64,000 nt of DNA, taken from NCBI GenBank assembly GCA_012720075.1, contig JAAXZE010000068.1:274-64273 (forward strand). Direction: 5' to 3'. This DNA comes from Clostridia bacterium. Its GTDB lineage: Bacteria > Bacillota > Peptococcia > Peptococcales > BICA1-8. The translations under genes and the position numbers were made by a program. Below the pieces are notes generated by a model. That model was not told where the DNA came from, searched no databases, and saw only the letters and a list, made by a program, of their open reading frames with translations. Shown piece by piece: positions 42,914 through 52,223 of this stretch; the first letter of the stretch is position 1; each line of letters opens with the position of its first letter.

Positions 42914-44131
42914 TTGCTGGTAGTCGGCTTAATACTCACATTTACCTTAATACTATGGCTGGTAAAAAAGGCGGTGCCTATTGGGCTAGCCATTATTTGC
43001 GGCGGAATGGTCTTAGCTTTATTTGCCGGGTTTGATCCCCTTAAAATAATTAAGATAATTTTAATTACTTTTACTCAAAAGGGAACAATTTACTTAATCC
43101 TAACCGTAATCTTGATAAATATTTTAAGTACTATGATGAAAGATTACGGGATCATGGATTTGATGGTGGAATATTTGGAAAAGACTTTTAAAAGCATAAA
43201 AGCTCTTTTGTTCATTATTCCTTCTTTATTGGCAACATTTACTGCCACAGGTTCCGCTATTATAGCTGCACCCATCATTGACAGTTTAGGCGACCGGGTG
43301 GGAATTACCCCTGCCAGAAAAGCGGCTATAAATCTTTATGTTCGGCATGCCTGGTACTTTATTCTGCCTATTGCAGTTAATCTAGTAAATGCTTCTTTTA
43401 TCGGCAATATCCCTATTAGGACTTTGGTTAAAGCCCAATTCCCGGTATCCGTTATCTGTCTGGCTACCTCTTATTTGGTTTTTATCCGTCCTATAAAGGA
43501 ATCATCAGTTCCTAAAAAAGAAAATAAGGATAATGAAAAACAGGAAGAAAAGGTAGTTTTAAAAGCTTTATTTTATACTTCCCCTATTATTTTAAGTATT
43601 ATGCTGGTTTTGTGGATGCCTACCTATATAGCTCTATTTTTGGCTTGCATTCTTACCTTTTTTATTCGGAAAAAAAATAGCTCTTTTAGCAAAATAATTT
43701 TTAACAAAAAATATATACCCTTGGTTCTGGCTGCAGCAGGAGTTATGATATTTAAAAATATCATAGAAAATATCCCCCAACTGAAACTGTTGTTAGAACA
43801 GATTCTAAGTTTGGGCATCTCTTTGGAAATAATTGTTATTTTAATGACTAGCATTGCCAGTTATGTGGCAGCTAATTTGACGGTGGTAATAGGGCTGATG
43901 TATCCTTTGATTTTGCCCCTTGTTGCCCCTGAACAGGTGGTTCCTATTGCTGCTTTAATTTATACCATAGGATATGCAACATACTTTATTTCTCCCATCC
44001 ATCTTTGCCAGGCTTTGACCAATGAGTATTTTGGCGTGTCTATGAAGGATTTATATAAAGAGTACAAAATAGCCGTTCCGGTTATGTATGTTGCCGGTTT
44101 GGCCAATTACCTGTTTTTGAGAGGGATGTAA
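42914..44131 (+). CDS. DUF401-like polytopic membrane protein
   Basis: 405 aa, ~10-12 TM. The family call is tentative. Confidence 0.55.
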   Translation: MLVVGLILTFTLILWLVKKAVPIGLAIICGGMVLALFAGFDPLKIIKIILITFTQKGTIYLILTVILINILSTMMKDYGIMDLMVEYLEKTFKSIKALLFIIPSLLATFTATGSAIIAAPIIDSLGDRVGITPARKAAINLYVRHAWYFILPIAVNLVNASFIGNIPIRTLVKAQFPVSVICLATSYLVFIRPIKESSVPKKENKDNEKQEEKVVLKALFYTSPIILSIMLVLWMPTYIALFLACILTFFIRKKNSSFSKIIFNKKYIPLVLAAAGVMIFKNIIENIPQLKLLLEQILSLGISLEIIVILMTSIASYVAANLTVVIGLMYPLILPLVAPEQVVPIAALIYTIGYATYFISPIHLCQALTNEYFGVSMKDLYKEYKIAVPVMYVAGLANYLFLRGM

Positions 44132-45090
44132 TGATGGAAGTGAAAATAAAGACCATAAATCAACTGGAAGTAGGAGAAGTTTTTCAGGGTTTTTTTATTG
44201 TTAAATCAGCCGAAGCTAAATTTGCTGCCAATAACAGTAAATATTTGGATTTAATTTTGGGGGACAAAACCGGGGAAATAAATGCTAAAATTTGGGACTG
44301 TACCGAAGAACATGAAAGTATTTGTTGTATCAATGCAGTGATAAAAATCCAGGCGGAAGTCAGTCAATGGAAAGAACGGCTACAGTTAACCATTCGAAGG
44401 GTAAGGCCCCTTACCGAAAAGGATGGGATAAAAATGGAGGACTTGATAAAAGCTGCTCCCTATAGTCCCCAAAGCATGTATGAGGAAATACAGCAATACA
44501 TAGCTAAAATAAAAGACCGGGAAATTCAAAAGCTGGTCGGTACAATTATTGAAGGGCAGAAAGAAAAATTATTGTACTTCCCGGCAGCCCAAAAAAATCA
44601 CCATGCCATAAAATCGGGATTAATTTATCATATATTAAATATGCTGAAAACAGGGGAAAAAATCTGCCAGGTTTATACATTTTTAAATACCGATTTGCTT
44701 TATGCCGGGATATTGCTTCATGACATAGCCAAGGTCGAGGAACTGGATGCCAATGAGTTGGGAATAGTATCCGATTATACAAAAGAGGGACAGCTTTTGG
44801 GCCATATTATTCAAGGAATAAAATTAATTGACTTTACGGCCGAAAAACTTGGGATAAAGAGGGAAAAATCTTTGCTTCTTCAACATATGGTCCTTGCTCA
44901 TCACAGTGAACCGGAATTTGGCAGTCCCAAAAGGCCTATGTTTCCGGAAGCGGAAGTGCTGCATGTTTTGGATTTGCTGGATGCAAACCTGTATACCATG
45001 AAGGATGTTTTAGAAAATGTAGAAGAAGAAAAATTTTCGGAAAAAATCTGGTCCTTAAATAGTCGAAAAATATATAAACATTCACTTTAA
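44131..45090 (+). CDS. YhaM-like 3'-5' exoribonuclease (OB-fold + HD domain)
   Basis: N-terminal OB pattern (FQGFFIVKSAEAKFAANNSKYLDLILGDKTGEINAKIWD) and the HD motif LLHDIAK...HH. ATGA overlap with the upstream gene. Confidence 0.75.
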   Translation: MMEVKIKTINQLEVGEVFQGFFIVKSAEAKFAANNSKYLDLILGDKTGEINAKIWDCTEEHESICCINAVIKIQAEVSQWKERLQLTIRRVRPLTEKDGIKMEDLIKAAPYSPQSMYEEIQQYIAKIKDREIQKLVGTIIEGQKEKLLYFPAAQKNHHAIKSGLIYHILNMLKTGEKICQVYTFLNTDLLYAGILLHDIAKVEELDANELGIVSDYTKEGQLLGHIIQGIKLIDFTAEKLGIKREKSLLLQHMVLAHHSEPEFGSPKRPMFPEAEVLHVLDLLDANLYTMKDVLENVEEEKFSEKIWSLNSRKIYKHSL

Positions 45091-45094
45091 AGAT

Positions 45095-45123
45095 ATCGCC
45101 TCTTAATTGGCGATTTTTTTTAT
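45095..45123 (+). terminator. intrinsic terminator
   Basis: atcgcc-tcttaatt-ggcgat followed by a T9 run. Confidence 0.8.
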
Positions 45124-45195
45124 TCTTTAGAAAACTGTAGAAAAAATAAGTCTTTATTGGACCTAAAAAAGCATAAAAAATATTTATGCAATATA

Positions 45196-45224
45196 TTGAC
45201 ATTATATTTTATTCTTGTTAAAAT
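45196..45224 (+). promoter_or_regulatory. near-consensus sigma-A promoter with extended -10
   Basis: TTGACA-N17-TAAAAT, preceded by TGn. Confidence 0.6.
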
Positions 45225-45230
45225 CTTAAA

Positions 45231-45323
45231 GAAGCAAGCAAAATATTTCACAAATTAAAGCAAAATCTGTAACTCCATCAACCACCCATGAAAGAGGCCA
45301 GGCTATCAGCCTGGCCTTTTTTT
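45231..45323 (+). ncRNA. candidate ~90-nt small RNA (orphan promoter-terminator unit)
   Basis: No plausible ORF or RBS. Ends in a 10-bp GC-rich hairpin aggccaggct-atc-agcctggcct followed by T7. Confidence 0.35.
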
Positions 45324-45508
45324 AATACATGGGGAATGAAAGTCCATTAAGTAATCTATTACTTCCTTGGCATTGCTTTTAAAAATTAATCAAGGTTGAT
45401 TAACCATATTGGCAAATATTATAATACAATGGAAAGAATATAAAAAGGACCTGAGGATTATAGGCTAAAATTTAGAATTTCGAAAAATAATAAATGGGGG
45501 AATGGAAA

Positions 45509-45880
45509 ATGAATTTTAAATTTGCCCATAATAATTTTAATGTTTTAGATCTGGAAAAAAGTATTAAGTTTTATGAGGAAGCCCTTAATCTGAAAGAAGT
45601 AAAAAGGATGGAAGCTAGTGACGGAAGCTTTATTTTAGTTTATTTAGGTGATGGTACAACTTCCCATACTTTGGAATTAACCTGGTTGAGGGATCGAACG
45701 GAAAAGTATGATTTAGGAGAAAATGAGTTCCATTTGGCTTTAGTTACCGATGACTATGAAGCCGCTTATGAACACCACAAAAAGATGGGCTGCATTTGTT
45801 ACGAGAATAAAGATATGGGCATATATTTTATTTCCGATCCCGATGGTTATTGGATCGAAATATTGCCTGACAAAAAATAA
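45509..45880 (+). CDS. gloA: lactoylglutathione lyase / glyoxalase I family
   Basis: FAHNNFNVLDLEKSIKFYEEALNL...HTLELTW...FHLAL...DPDGYWIEI. Confidence 0.8.
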   Translation: MNFKFAHNNFNVLDLEKSIKFYEEALNLKEVKRMEASDGSFILVYLGDGTTSHTLELTWLRDRTEKYDLGENEFHLALVTDDYEAAYEHHKKMGCICYENKDMGIYFISDPDGYWIEILPDKK

Positions 45881-45989
45881 CCAGTTATTAAAAACCTGTG
45901 TAAAAGATATTGGTACATTAGCTTCGGCGACTCTTTAGAGTCGCCGAAATTATGGTCCAGCCAAAATTACGTCTACGGGAGGTTAAAGC

Positions 45990-46856
45990 ATGAACAGACT
46001 GGTCGGAAGCGGCTGTGAGATAATTGTTCCCCTGGGGGAACGAAAACCGCTGCAAGAAATAGAACGCAGTATTATCACTAGATACAGATATCCCATTTGG
46101 ACCCAGTTTGTTAAAGCTGTAAAAGAGTATCGGCTTATCAGCGAGGGCGATAAGGTTGCCGTGGCCGTATCCGGCGGCAAGGACAGCCTCCTTATGGCAA
46201 AACTCTTCCAAGAATTAAAACGGCACGGAAAGGTAGAATTTGAATTGGAGTTTATTGCAATGGATCCCGGCTACCATAGCTCGGTAAAGGACCTCCTGAT
46301 TAGTAACTGTGAATACTTGAATATCCCTATAACCATCTTTGAATCTCAGATTTTTGCAGTGGCTGATAACATTGCCAGTGACTATCCCTGTTATTTATGC
46401 GCTAAAATGCGCCGAGGGGCATTATATGCCAAAGCCCGGGAACTAGGGTGCAATAAACTGGCTTTAGGGCACCATTTTAATGATGTTATTGAAACAACCC
46501 TTCTAAATGTGCTGTGTTCCGGTAATTTCCGAACCATGCTGCCCAAGCTGAAATCCACTAATTTTAAAGGGTTAGAGTTAATTAGGCCCATGTACCTGAT
46601 CCGGGAAGACAGTATTGAAAAATTTATCCGGGAAAGCGGTATCAGTCCCATGAATTGCGCCTGTATGGTAGCAGCCCAAAAAACCGGTAATAAACGCTAT
46701 GAAATAAAAAAGCTGATTAAAGAATTGAGTCAAGATTTTCAGGAAGTAGAAAAATCCATTTTCCGGGCCGCTCAAAATGTGCATCTGGATTGCATTTTGG
46801 GCTGGAAAAAAGACGGGAAAATGCATTCTTTTTTAGATCACTATGATGAAGAATAG
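45990..46856 (+). CDS. TtcA-family PP-loop ATPase (tRNA thiolation type)
   Basis: VAVAVSGGKDSLLMAKL PP-loop motif. CYLCAKMRRG. LALGHHFND. Confidence 0.8.
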   Translation: MNRLVGSGCEIIVPLGERKPLQEIERSIITRYRYPIWTQFVKAVKEYRLISEGDKVAVAVSGGKDSLLMAKLFQELKRHGKVEFELEFIAMDPGYHSSVKDLLISNCEYLNIPITIFESQIFAVADNIASDYPCYLCAKMRRGALYAKARELGCNKLALGHHFNDVIETTLLNVLCSGNFRTMLPKLKSTNFKGLELIRPMYLIREDSIEKFIRESGISPMNCACMVAAQKTGNKRYEIKKLIKELSQDFQEVEKSIFRAAQNVHLDCILGWKKDGKMHSFLDHYDEE

Positions 46857-46941
46857 CTTTTGTGAATATTAACATAAATTGAGGATATCGAATAAATTAT
46901 AGTGATTTAAAAATTTTTTGCCGGTTAAGGGGGTATTAGAC

Positions 46942-47262
46942 ATGGAAAAAACAGAAGTAAAAAAGCCGGTTAAGGTATGGCCCAGGGACTTTGTCAGTTT
47001 TAAAGAGGTTTCCGCAACGCAGGAAAGTTTGGCTGAGGTAAATGCCGAGCCCGATTTGCCAGAGGAAAACCCAGTGGATGTAAAAGACGAAGAAATTGAG
47101 AATGATATCCAAAAAGAACAAATTGAGGAGAATAATGCCGAAAAAGAACAACTTGAGGCAAATAGCGAAAAAGAGGAAATGAATTACGGTAAGAAAAGAG
47201 AAACCATTATCAGGGTAAATCCCATTCATGTCGAGGCCAGAGTTATAGATATAAAAAAATAA
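46942..47262 (+). CDS. acidic hypothetical protein
   Basis: ATG 46942 follows AAGGGGG. Glu-rich repeats (EQIEENNAEKEQLEANSEKEE). Confidence 0.45.
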   Translation: MEKTEVKKPVKVWPRDFVSFKEVSATQESLAEVNAEPDLPEENPVDVKDEEIENDIQKEQIEENNAEKEQLEANSEKEEMNYGKKRETIIRVNPIHVEARVIDIKK

Positions 47263-47430
47263 TGTGAACCTTAAGGCTCTACTCCAAATAACGGCGGTAG
47301 AGCCTTAAGTCTTAAAAAACCTTTGAAATATAAAGACAAAAAATTTTGGACATCAATTTGGAACCTTAACAAAAGTCTAAAAATATAGTAAAGTTTAAGA
47401 ATAATAAAAATAACAAAGGAAGGGCTCATT

Positions 47431-47619
47431 ATGGAAGAACTTTATATTTTAAGATGTACAAGATGCAAAAGCATTCATGGGGAAGTGCCGATAACCCATA
47501 TTGATACGGACGGTAATTTATATTGTATAAAATGTGCCGCATATATGCAAAAAGTAGGGGGATATGATTTGCTGCCCTTTAATGTTAATCAGTTTATTGG
47601 TGAACTGGAAAGGATTTAA
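47431..47619 (+). CDS. small zinc-ribbon protein
   Basis: RCTRCKS...LYCIKCA gives two CxxC pairs. AAAGGAAGGG RBS. Confidence 0.5.
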   Translation: MEELYILRCTRCKSIHGEVPITHIDTDGNLYCIKCAAYMQKVGGYDLLPFNVNQFIGELERI

Positions 47620-47677
47620 CAAATGTATTTATTTTTGTAAATTTTTGATTTATAATTGACATAAAATGAATATTTAA

Positions 47678-47776
47678 CAATTACTAGGGGAGCGAAATGC
47701 TGAGAAGGCCTTGTACTGTTAAAAGGCCTGACCCTTTGAACCTGTTTGGGTAATACCAGCGTAGGAAAGTAATTGT
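47678..47776 (+). promoter_or_regulatory. TPP (THI-box) riboswitch
   Basis: CTAGGGGAGC...GCTGAGA...CTGACCCTTTGAACCTG...GGTAATACCAGCGTAGGAA. P1 pairs caattac with gtaattg. Confidence 0.9.
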
Positions 47777-47791
47777 ATCTTTTTTTAAAGA

Positions 47792-47826
47792 AAAGGGTGC
47801 CAATTACTTGCACCCTTTTGTTTTTA
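47792..47826 (+). terminator. TPP riboswitch terminator
   Basis: aaagggtgc-caattactt-gcacccttt followed by tgttttt. The loop repeats the P1 5' strand caattac. Confidence 0.8.
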
Positions 47827-47893
47827 TCCCAACGAGTTTACTATTGTTCTACGGAAAACTTTCTGTAGTTAATTGTCGGAAGGGAGGATATTT

Positions 47894-48682
47894 ATGAAAA
47901 ATGTATTAACTATTGCCGGCTCAGATTCCTGCGGAGGCGCGGGAATTCAGGCCGATCTCAAAACCTTTAGCGCTTTGGGAACATATGGCATGAGTGTAAT
48001 AACGGCTATTACCGCCCAAAATACCATGGGGGTATTCAATGTCCGGGAAATGGATTCGGAAATTATCCGGGACCAGATTAACTGCTTATTTGATGATATT
48101 GAAATTCATGCCATAAAAATCGGTATGGTATCCAGCATTGAAATTATTGAAACCATTGGGAGCTGTCTCAGGAAGCACGCTTATAAAAAAATAGTGCTGG
48201 ACCCGGTGATGGTTTCCAAAAGCGGATGCAACCTCTTACAGCCGGAGGCTAAGAACAAGCTAATCGAAGTTTTGTTTCCCCTGGCCTTGGTAGTGACGCC
48301 CAATTTGCCTGAAGCCGAGGTAATCCTTGAAAGGAAAATAGAAAACATAGATGATATGAAGGAGGCGGCAATCCAAATTCACAAGCTGGGACCCCAAAAT
48401 GTTGTTGTTAAAGGCGGTCATTTGGCTGATGGCGCTACCGATGTTTTCTACGATGGACAAGATTTTACCTTTCTGGAAGGGAAAAAAATTAATACTAAAA
48501 ACACTCATGGCACCGGATGTACCTTTTCTTCCGCTATTGCAGCTTATATTGCTCAAGACTATCCGGTAGTAGAAGCTGTTAAGGCGGCTAAGAAATATAT
48601 CCAGGGAGCCATTGAAAATTCTTTCCCGTTAGGTCATGGGGTCGGTCCTACCAATCACTTCTTTAATTTCAAGTTTAAGTAG
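47894..48682 (+). CDS. thiD: hydroxymethylpyrimidine/phosphomethylpyrimidine kinase
   Basis: VLTIAGSDSCGGAGIQADLKTF...DPVMVSKSG...THGTGCTFSSAIAA. Confidence 0.9.
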   Translation: MKNVLTIAGSDSCGGAGIQADLKTFSALGTYGMSVITAITAQNTMGVFNVREMDSEIIRDQINCLFDDIEIHAIKIGMVSSIEIIETIGSCLRKHAYKKIVLDPVMVSKSGCNLLQPEAKNKLIEVLFPLALVVTPNLPEAEVILERKIENIDDMKEAAIQIHKLGPQNVVVKGGHLADGATDVFYDGQDFTFLEGKKINTKNTHGTGCTFSSAIAAYIAQDYPVVEAVKAAKKYIQGAIENSFPLGHGVGPTNHFFNFKFK

Positions 48683-48745
48683 TCGAAATGTTGAAAAAGC
48701 ATAAAAGTCACATTAAAAGATGTGCCCGATGAAAGTTAATTTTGG

Positions 48746-48812
48746 GGATGCATCTGCTCCTTAGCAAAAAGGTTGATGCATCCGATGGATGACAATTTTA
48801 TCTGATGCATCC
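48746..48812 (+). repeat. three spaced GATGCATC palindromes in the thiD-thiM spacer
   Basis: Copies at 48747-48754, 48775-48782 and 48804-48811 (28-29 bp spacing). GGATGCATC (copy 1) is the exact complement of GATGCATCC (copies 2 and 3). Confidence 0.8.
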
Positions 48813-48977
48813 TTTAAGCTTACTCAGGTGCAGTTGGGTCAGGGAAATTCCATGCATGGGATACAACCCAATAAGTCGCCAAAATGCTAATTAGGTTTCG
48901 CTTCGCTAACACTTAAACACCAACACACTTAAGCACTATGTTATTAAGCCAACATTCATTAATTAGGAGGTTAGTAA

Positions 48978-49781
48978 ATGTTAAATAAAGTAGCCGAAAC
49001 AATTAAAAATGTGCGGGAGCAAACTCCCTTAGTACAAGCAATTACCAATTATGTAACTATTAATGATTGCGCCAATATCCTGCTAAGCTTTGGAGCCTCG
49101 CCTGCCATGTGCGAATCTAAAGCCGAGGTTGAGGAATTCGTAAACCTGATTTCCGCTCTTTATATTAATGTCGGAACTTTTACCGAGGAGCAGGAAGAGG
49201 CTGCCTTTCTTGCAGCCGCAAAAGCCGCCCGGCTTGGCAAACCTGTAATTCTTGACCCTGTAGCCTGCGGTGCCATCAGCAGGAAAGCTAAGTTTACCAA
49301 TGAACTTTTAGCCAGGGGTCAGGTAACCGTTCTTAAAGGCAATATTGGGGAAATTAAATCTTTGGCGGGTTTTCAGGGAAAGGTTCGGGGCGTAGATTCC
49401 CTTGCCGATGGCAAGGATGCCGTTGAAGCCTGCCGGTACCTGGCCCAGAAACATAATATCGTTGTAGCTGCCACCGGTCCTGTGGATGTTGTATCAGACG
49501 GCATCAGAACATGCTTAATAGAAAACGGGACTTCCATGTTGACTTTAATTACCGGTGCAGGCTGCATGGTAGGGGCTTTGGTTGCCGCTACCGCCGCAGT
49601 AAACAATGATAGATTCGTTTCGAGCGTTGCAGGGATATTAGCCATGGGATTGGCCGGTGAAATGGCAGCCAAATCTTTGGACGGTGTATTACCAGGTACT
49701 TTCCGAGTGAAATTGTTTGATTATATCCATAATCTTACTACTGAGGATGTTCTGAAAGAAGGGAATATAAAATGTTTGTAG
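48978..49781 (+). CDS. thiM: hydroxyethylthiazole kinase
   Basis: PLVQAITNYVTINDCANILLSFGASPAM...VLKGN...TGAGCMVGAL. Confidence 0.9.
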   Translation: MLNKVAETIKNVREQTPLVQAITNYVTINDCANILLSFGASPAMCESKAEVEEFVNLISALYINVGTFTEEQEEAAFLAAAKAARLGKPVILDPVACGAISRKAKFTNELLARGQVTVLKGNIGEIKSLAGFQGKVRGVDSLADGKDAVEACRYLAQKHNIVVAATGPVDVVSDGIRTCLIENGTSMLTLITGAGCMVGALVAATAAVNNDRFVSSVAGILAMGLAGEMAAKSLDGVLPGTFRVKLFDYIHNLTTEDVLKEGNIKCL

Positions 49782-50395
49782 ACTATAGCCTGTATTTGGT
49801 TACCGACAGGGCAATATTAAAAGGGGAAGATATTTTTTCTGCAGTAGAGAAAGCCCTTAAAGGAGGGGTTACCCTGGTGCAGTTGAGAGAAAAGGAAGTT
49901 TCCAGCCGTGATTTTTATAATATTGCCCTTAAAATGAAGGAGTTGGTTAACTCCTATAATGTTCCTTTAATCATCAATGATCGCCTGGATATTGCCTTTG
50001 CTGTCGATGCCGATGGGTTACACATAGGTCAGGAGGATTTGCCTTTAACCGTTGCCAGGCGGTTATTAGGTCCTTCCAAAATACTGGGTTACTCGGTATC
50101 CAACGTGGATGAGGCTGTTTTTGGTGAGAAAAACGGTGCTGATTATCTGGGGGCAGGTCCCGTTTATCCCACCGGGAGCAAAAGTGATGCCGGAGAACCT
50201 ATAGGTATCGAAGGTTTAATAAAGATTAAAGAACGGGTCTCCATCCCCGTTGTCGGCATAGGGGGTATTGGCGTTGACAATATCAGCGAGGTTAAAAGAA
50301 GCGGGATAGACGGGGTATCTTTAATCTCAGCCATACTGGGCAGTGGGGATATCGAAGGCACTTCGAGAATCTTAATAACCAAATGGAGAGAATGA
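49772..50395 (+). CDS. thiE: thiamine-phosphate synthase
   Basis: LYLVTDR...VQLREK...INDRLDIA...GLHIGQEDL...GAGPVYPT. Confidence 0.9.
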   Translation: MFVDYSLYLVTDRAILKGEDIFSAVEKALKGGVTLVQLREKEVSSRDFYNIALKMKELVNSYNVPLIINDRLDIAFAVDADGLHIGQEDLPLTVARRLLGPSKILGYSVSNVDEAVFGEKNGADYLGAGPVYPTGSKSDAGEPIGIEGLIKIKERVSIPVVGIGGIGVDNISEVKRSGIDGVSLISAILGSGDIEGTSRILITKWRE

Positions 50396-51033
50396 TGGAT
50401 AAAAAAATTGTGTTTATAGATTTTGACGGAACCATAACCAAGGTTGATACCTGCCAGGCCATGGTCGAAAAATTTGCCAGGGACGGATGGCAGAAGATAA
50501 ATGAACTATGGGAAGAGAAAAAGCTGTCTACCCGGGATTGCGCCAATCTCACTTTCCGGCTTTTTGACGCTACCCTGGAAGATATTGAAAAACTTGCTGA
50601 GACCATGGAGATTGATGAATACTTCCCGGAGTTTGTAGCCCAATGCCGGCAGAATAATTATCCAATCTACATTTTAAGCGATGGTTATGACTTTATTATT
50701 GAAAAAATCCTGGCAAAGTTTAATCTTCAAATTCCCTATTATGCCAACAAACTAATTTATGACGGGTGTTTTCAAATTGAGTGCCCCCACCATAATGAAG
50801 ATTGCAGATTATGCGGGACTTGTAAGTCCGGTCTTATGAACAGGCTGCGCAGTAATGGCGAAAAGACCGTTTATATAGGCGATGGGTCTTCCGATACTTG
50901 CCCTGCCTCCAAAGCCGACATCGTCTTTGCCAAAGGCTCGCTATACAAGTATTGTCAGGCTAATGACATTAAAGCCACCTATTTTAACAATTTTGGGGAT
51001 ATCCTGGAAAGCGGCGTGTTTAAAGAGAAGTGA
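50383..51033 (+). CDS. HAD-superfamily phosphatase, MtnX-like
   Basis: FIDFDGTIT motif I, YIGDGSSD motif, and the Cys cluster CPHHNEDCRLCGTCK. Confidence 0.7.
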   Translation: MERMMDKKIVFIDFDGTITKVDTCQAMVEKFARDGWQKINELWEEKKLSTRDCANLTFRLFDATLEDIEKLAETMEIDEYFPEFVAQCRQNNYPIYILSDGYDFIIEKILAKFNLQIPYYANKLIYDGCFQIECPHHNEDCRLCGTCKSGLMNRLRSNGEKTVYIGDGSSDTCPASKADIVFAKGSLYKYCQANDIKATYFNNFGDILESGVFKEK

Positions 51034-51335
51034 CTGGCGACTTGCATTTTGGGATAGTTTTTTTGGTTTTATGCCCAGTGCCCTGTACTCTGTGATTTAT
51101 GTTCAGTGTTCAGTCAGGACATAGGTAACAAAAATGGTTCTGGTGATATCTAGCGAAGCGGAAGCTAGTCAACGAAGCTGACGTAATCTTTAATCTTCCT
51201 TTTCCGTCTTTTCCAACTGAAAATTGATGTCACGGTGACACGATGGCACGTTAATATTAACCTTAACCTAACGCAGCGAAACCTTAACCTTGTTTTGCCG
51301 TAGAAACTGTAGCCACTGTTAATACTGTAGCTACC

Positions 51336-51380
51336 AAAAAGGAACTGTTGCAAATCTAGTTTCGCAACAGTTCCTTTTTT
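51336..51380. terminator. bidirectional terminator between the thi operon and the vanY-like gene
   Basis: A5-ggaactgttgc-loop-gcaacagttcc-T8. Confidence 0.8.
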
Positions 51381-52223
51381 TTATTGATTAAGGTATTCCT
51401 CCAAAGTCAAATTGTTCATTTTAATTTCAGTAGCAGCCTCCATACCGACATAACGAATATGCCAAGGCTCATACTGATAACCTGTTATTTGCACTTTATC
51501 CCGGGGATATCTGATGATAAAGCCAAATAAATGGGCGTTTTCGTTTAGCCATTTCCCTTCCGGTGTTTCAGCAAAGCTGTTGGATAAAGTGTAATTGACC
51601 GAGGCGGAACTCACATCCATAGCCAGTCCTGTTTGGTGTTCGCTTTGACCGGGCAGGGCACTGAAAGTGTTGGCTTGTGTAAAACCATGTTTTTTTACAT
51701 TTCCTAGAAAAATAGACTTTTGTCTTTCATATGACCTATAACCGGATACGGCCAGGATTTCATGGCCTTCTTCCCGAGCCTTGGCAATAAGGGCTTCTAA
51801 GGCTTGAGCCGCATCTTTTCTAAGGTATTTTTTTTGGTCTTCCCCTTGAAAAGAAAAGGGTACGTTGGGAATGACCAAATCTTCGGGCACATATGTAGGT
51901 AATAAATTATTTTCTTTGTTTACTAAAACCAATAAATCATTAGGGTTGTCCACGATTTTTTTGTCATCGGATTCAATTAATTGGAGGACTTCTTCATAGC
52001 TTAAATCCTTAACAACCGGCTCCCGTAAAGGCAGTTTTTCCTCAACTACTTCCGGCGGGTTATTTTCAGCAGCGCTATCTTCTTCCTTCTTACTTTCATC
52101 TTCCTGGTTTATGTTGTTAGCTTGGGAAGGGCTGGCGGAACTTAAAACTTCTTTCTCTCCTGATGCGAAAACGGTGAAAATAATTGCTAGGAATAATATT
52201 AAGCCAATAAATATTTTTTTCAC
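51381..52223 (-). CDS. D-alanyl-D-alanine carboxypeptidase (VanY/M15B family), membrane-anchored or secreted
   Basis: N-terminal signal/TM. SGYRSYERQ...SEHQTGLAMD...EPWHIRYVG. Confidence 0.85.
   Translation of the reverse strand: MKKIFIGLILFLAIIFTVFASGEKEVLSSASPSQANNINQEDESKKEEDSAAENNPPEVVEEKLPLREPVVKDLSYEEVLQLIESDDKKIVDNPNDLLVLVNKENNLLPTYVPEDLVIPNVPFSFQGEDQKKYLRKDAAQALEALIAKAREEGHEILAVSGYRSYERQKSIFLGNVKKHGFTQANTFSALPGQSEHQTGLAMDVSSASVNYTLSNSFAETPEGKWLNENAHLFGFIIRYPRDKVQITGYQYEPWHIRYVGMEAATEIKMNNLTLEEYLNQ

Noticed and set aside
51165-51353. 62-aa minus-strand ORF in the thi operon 3' tail, and the overlapping plus-strand ORF 50882..51124.
   Set aside because: Neither has an RBS. The translations are low-complexity and overlap the repeat-word region and terminator, so I treat the region as non-coding.
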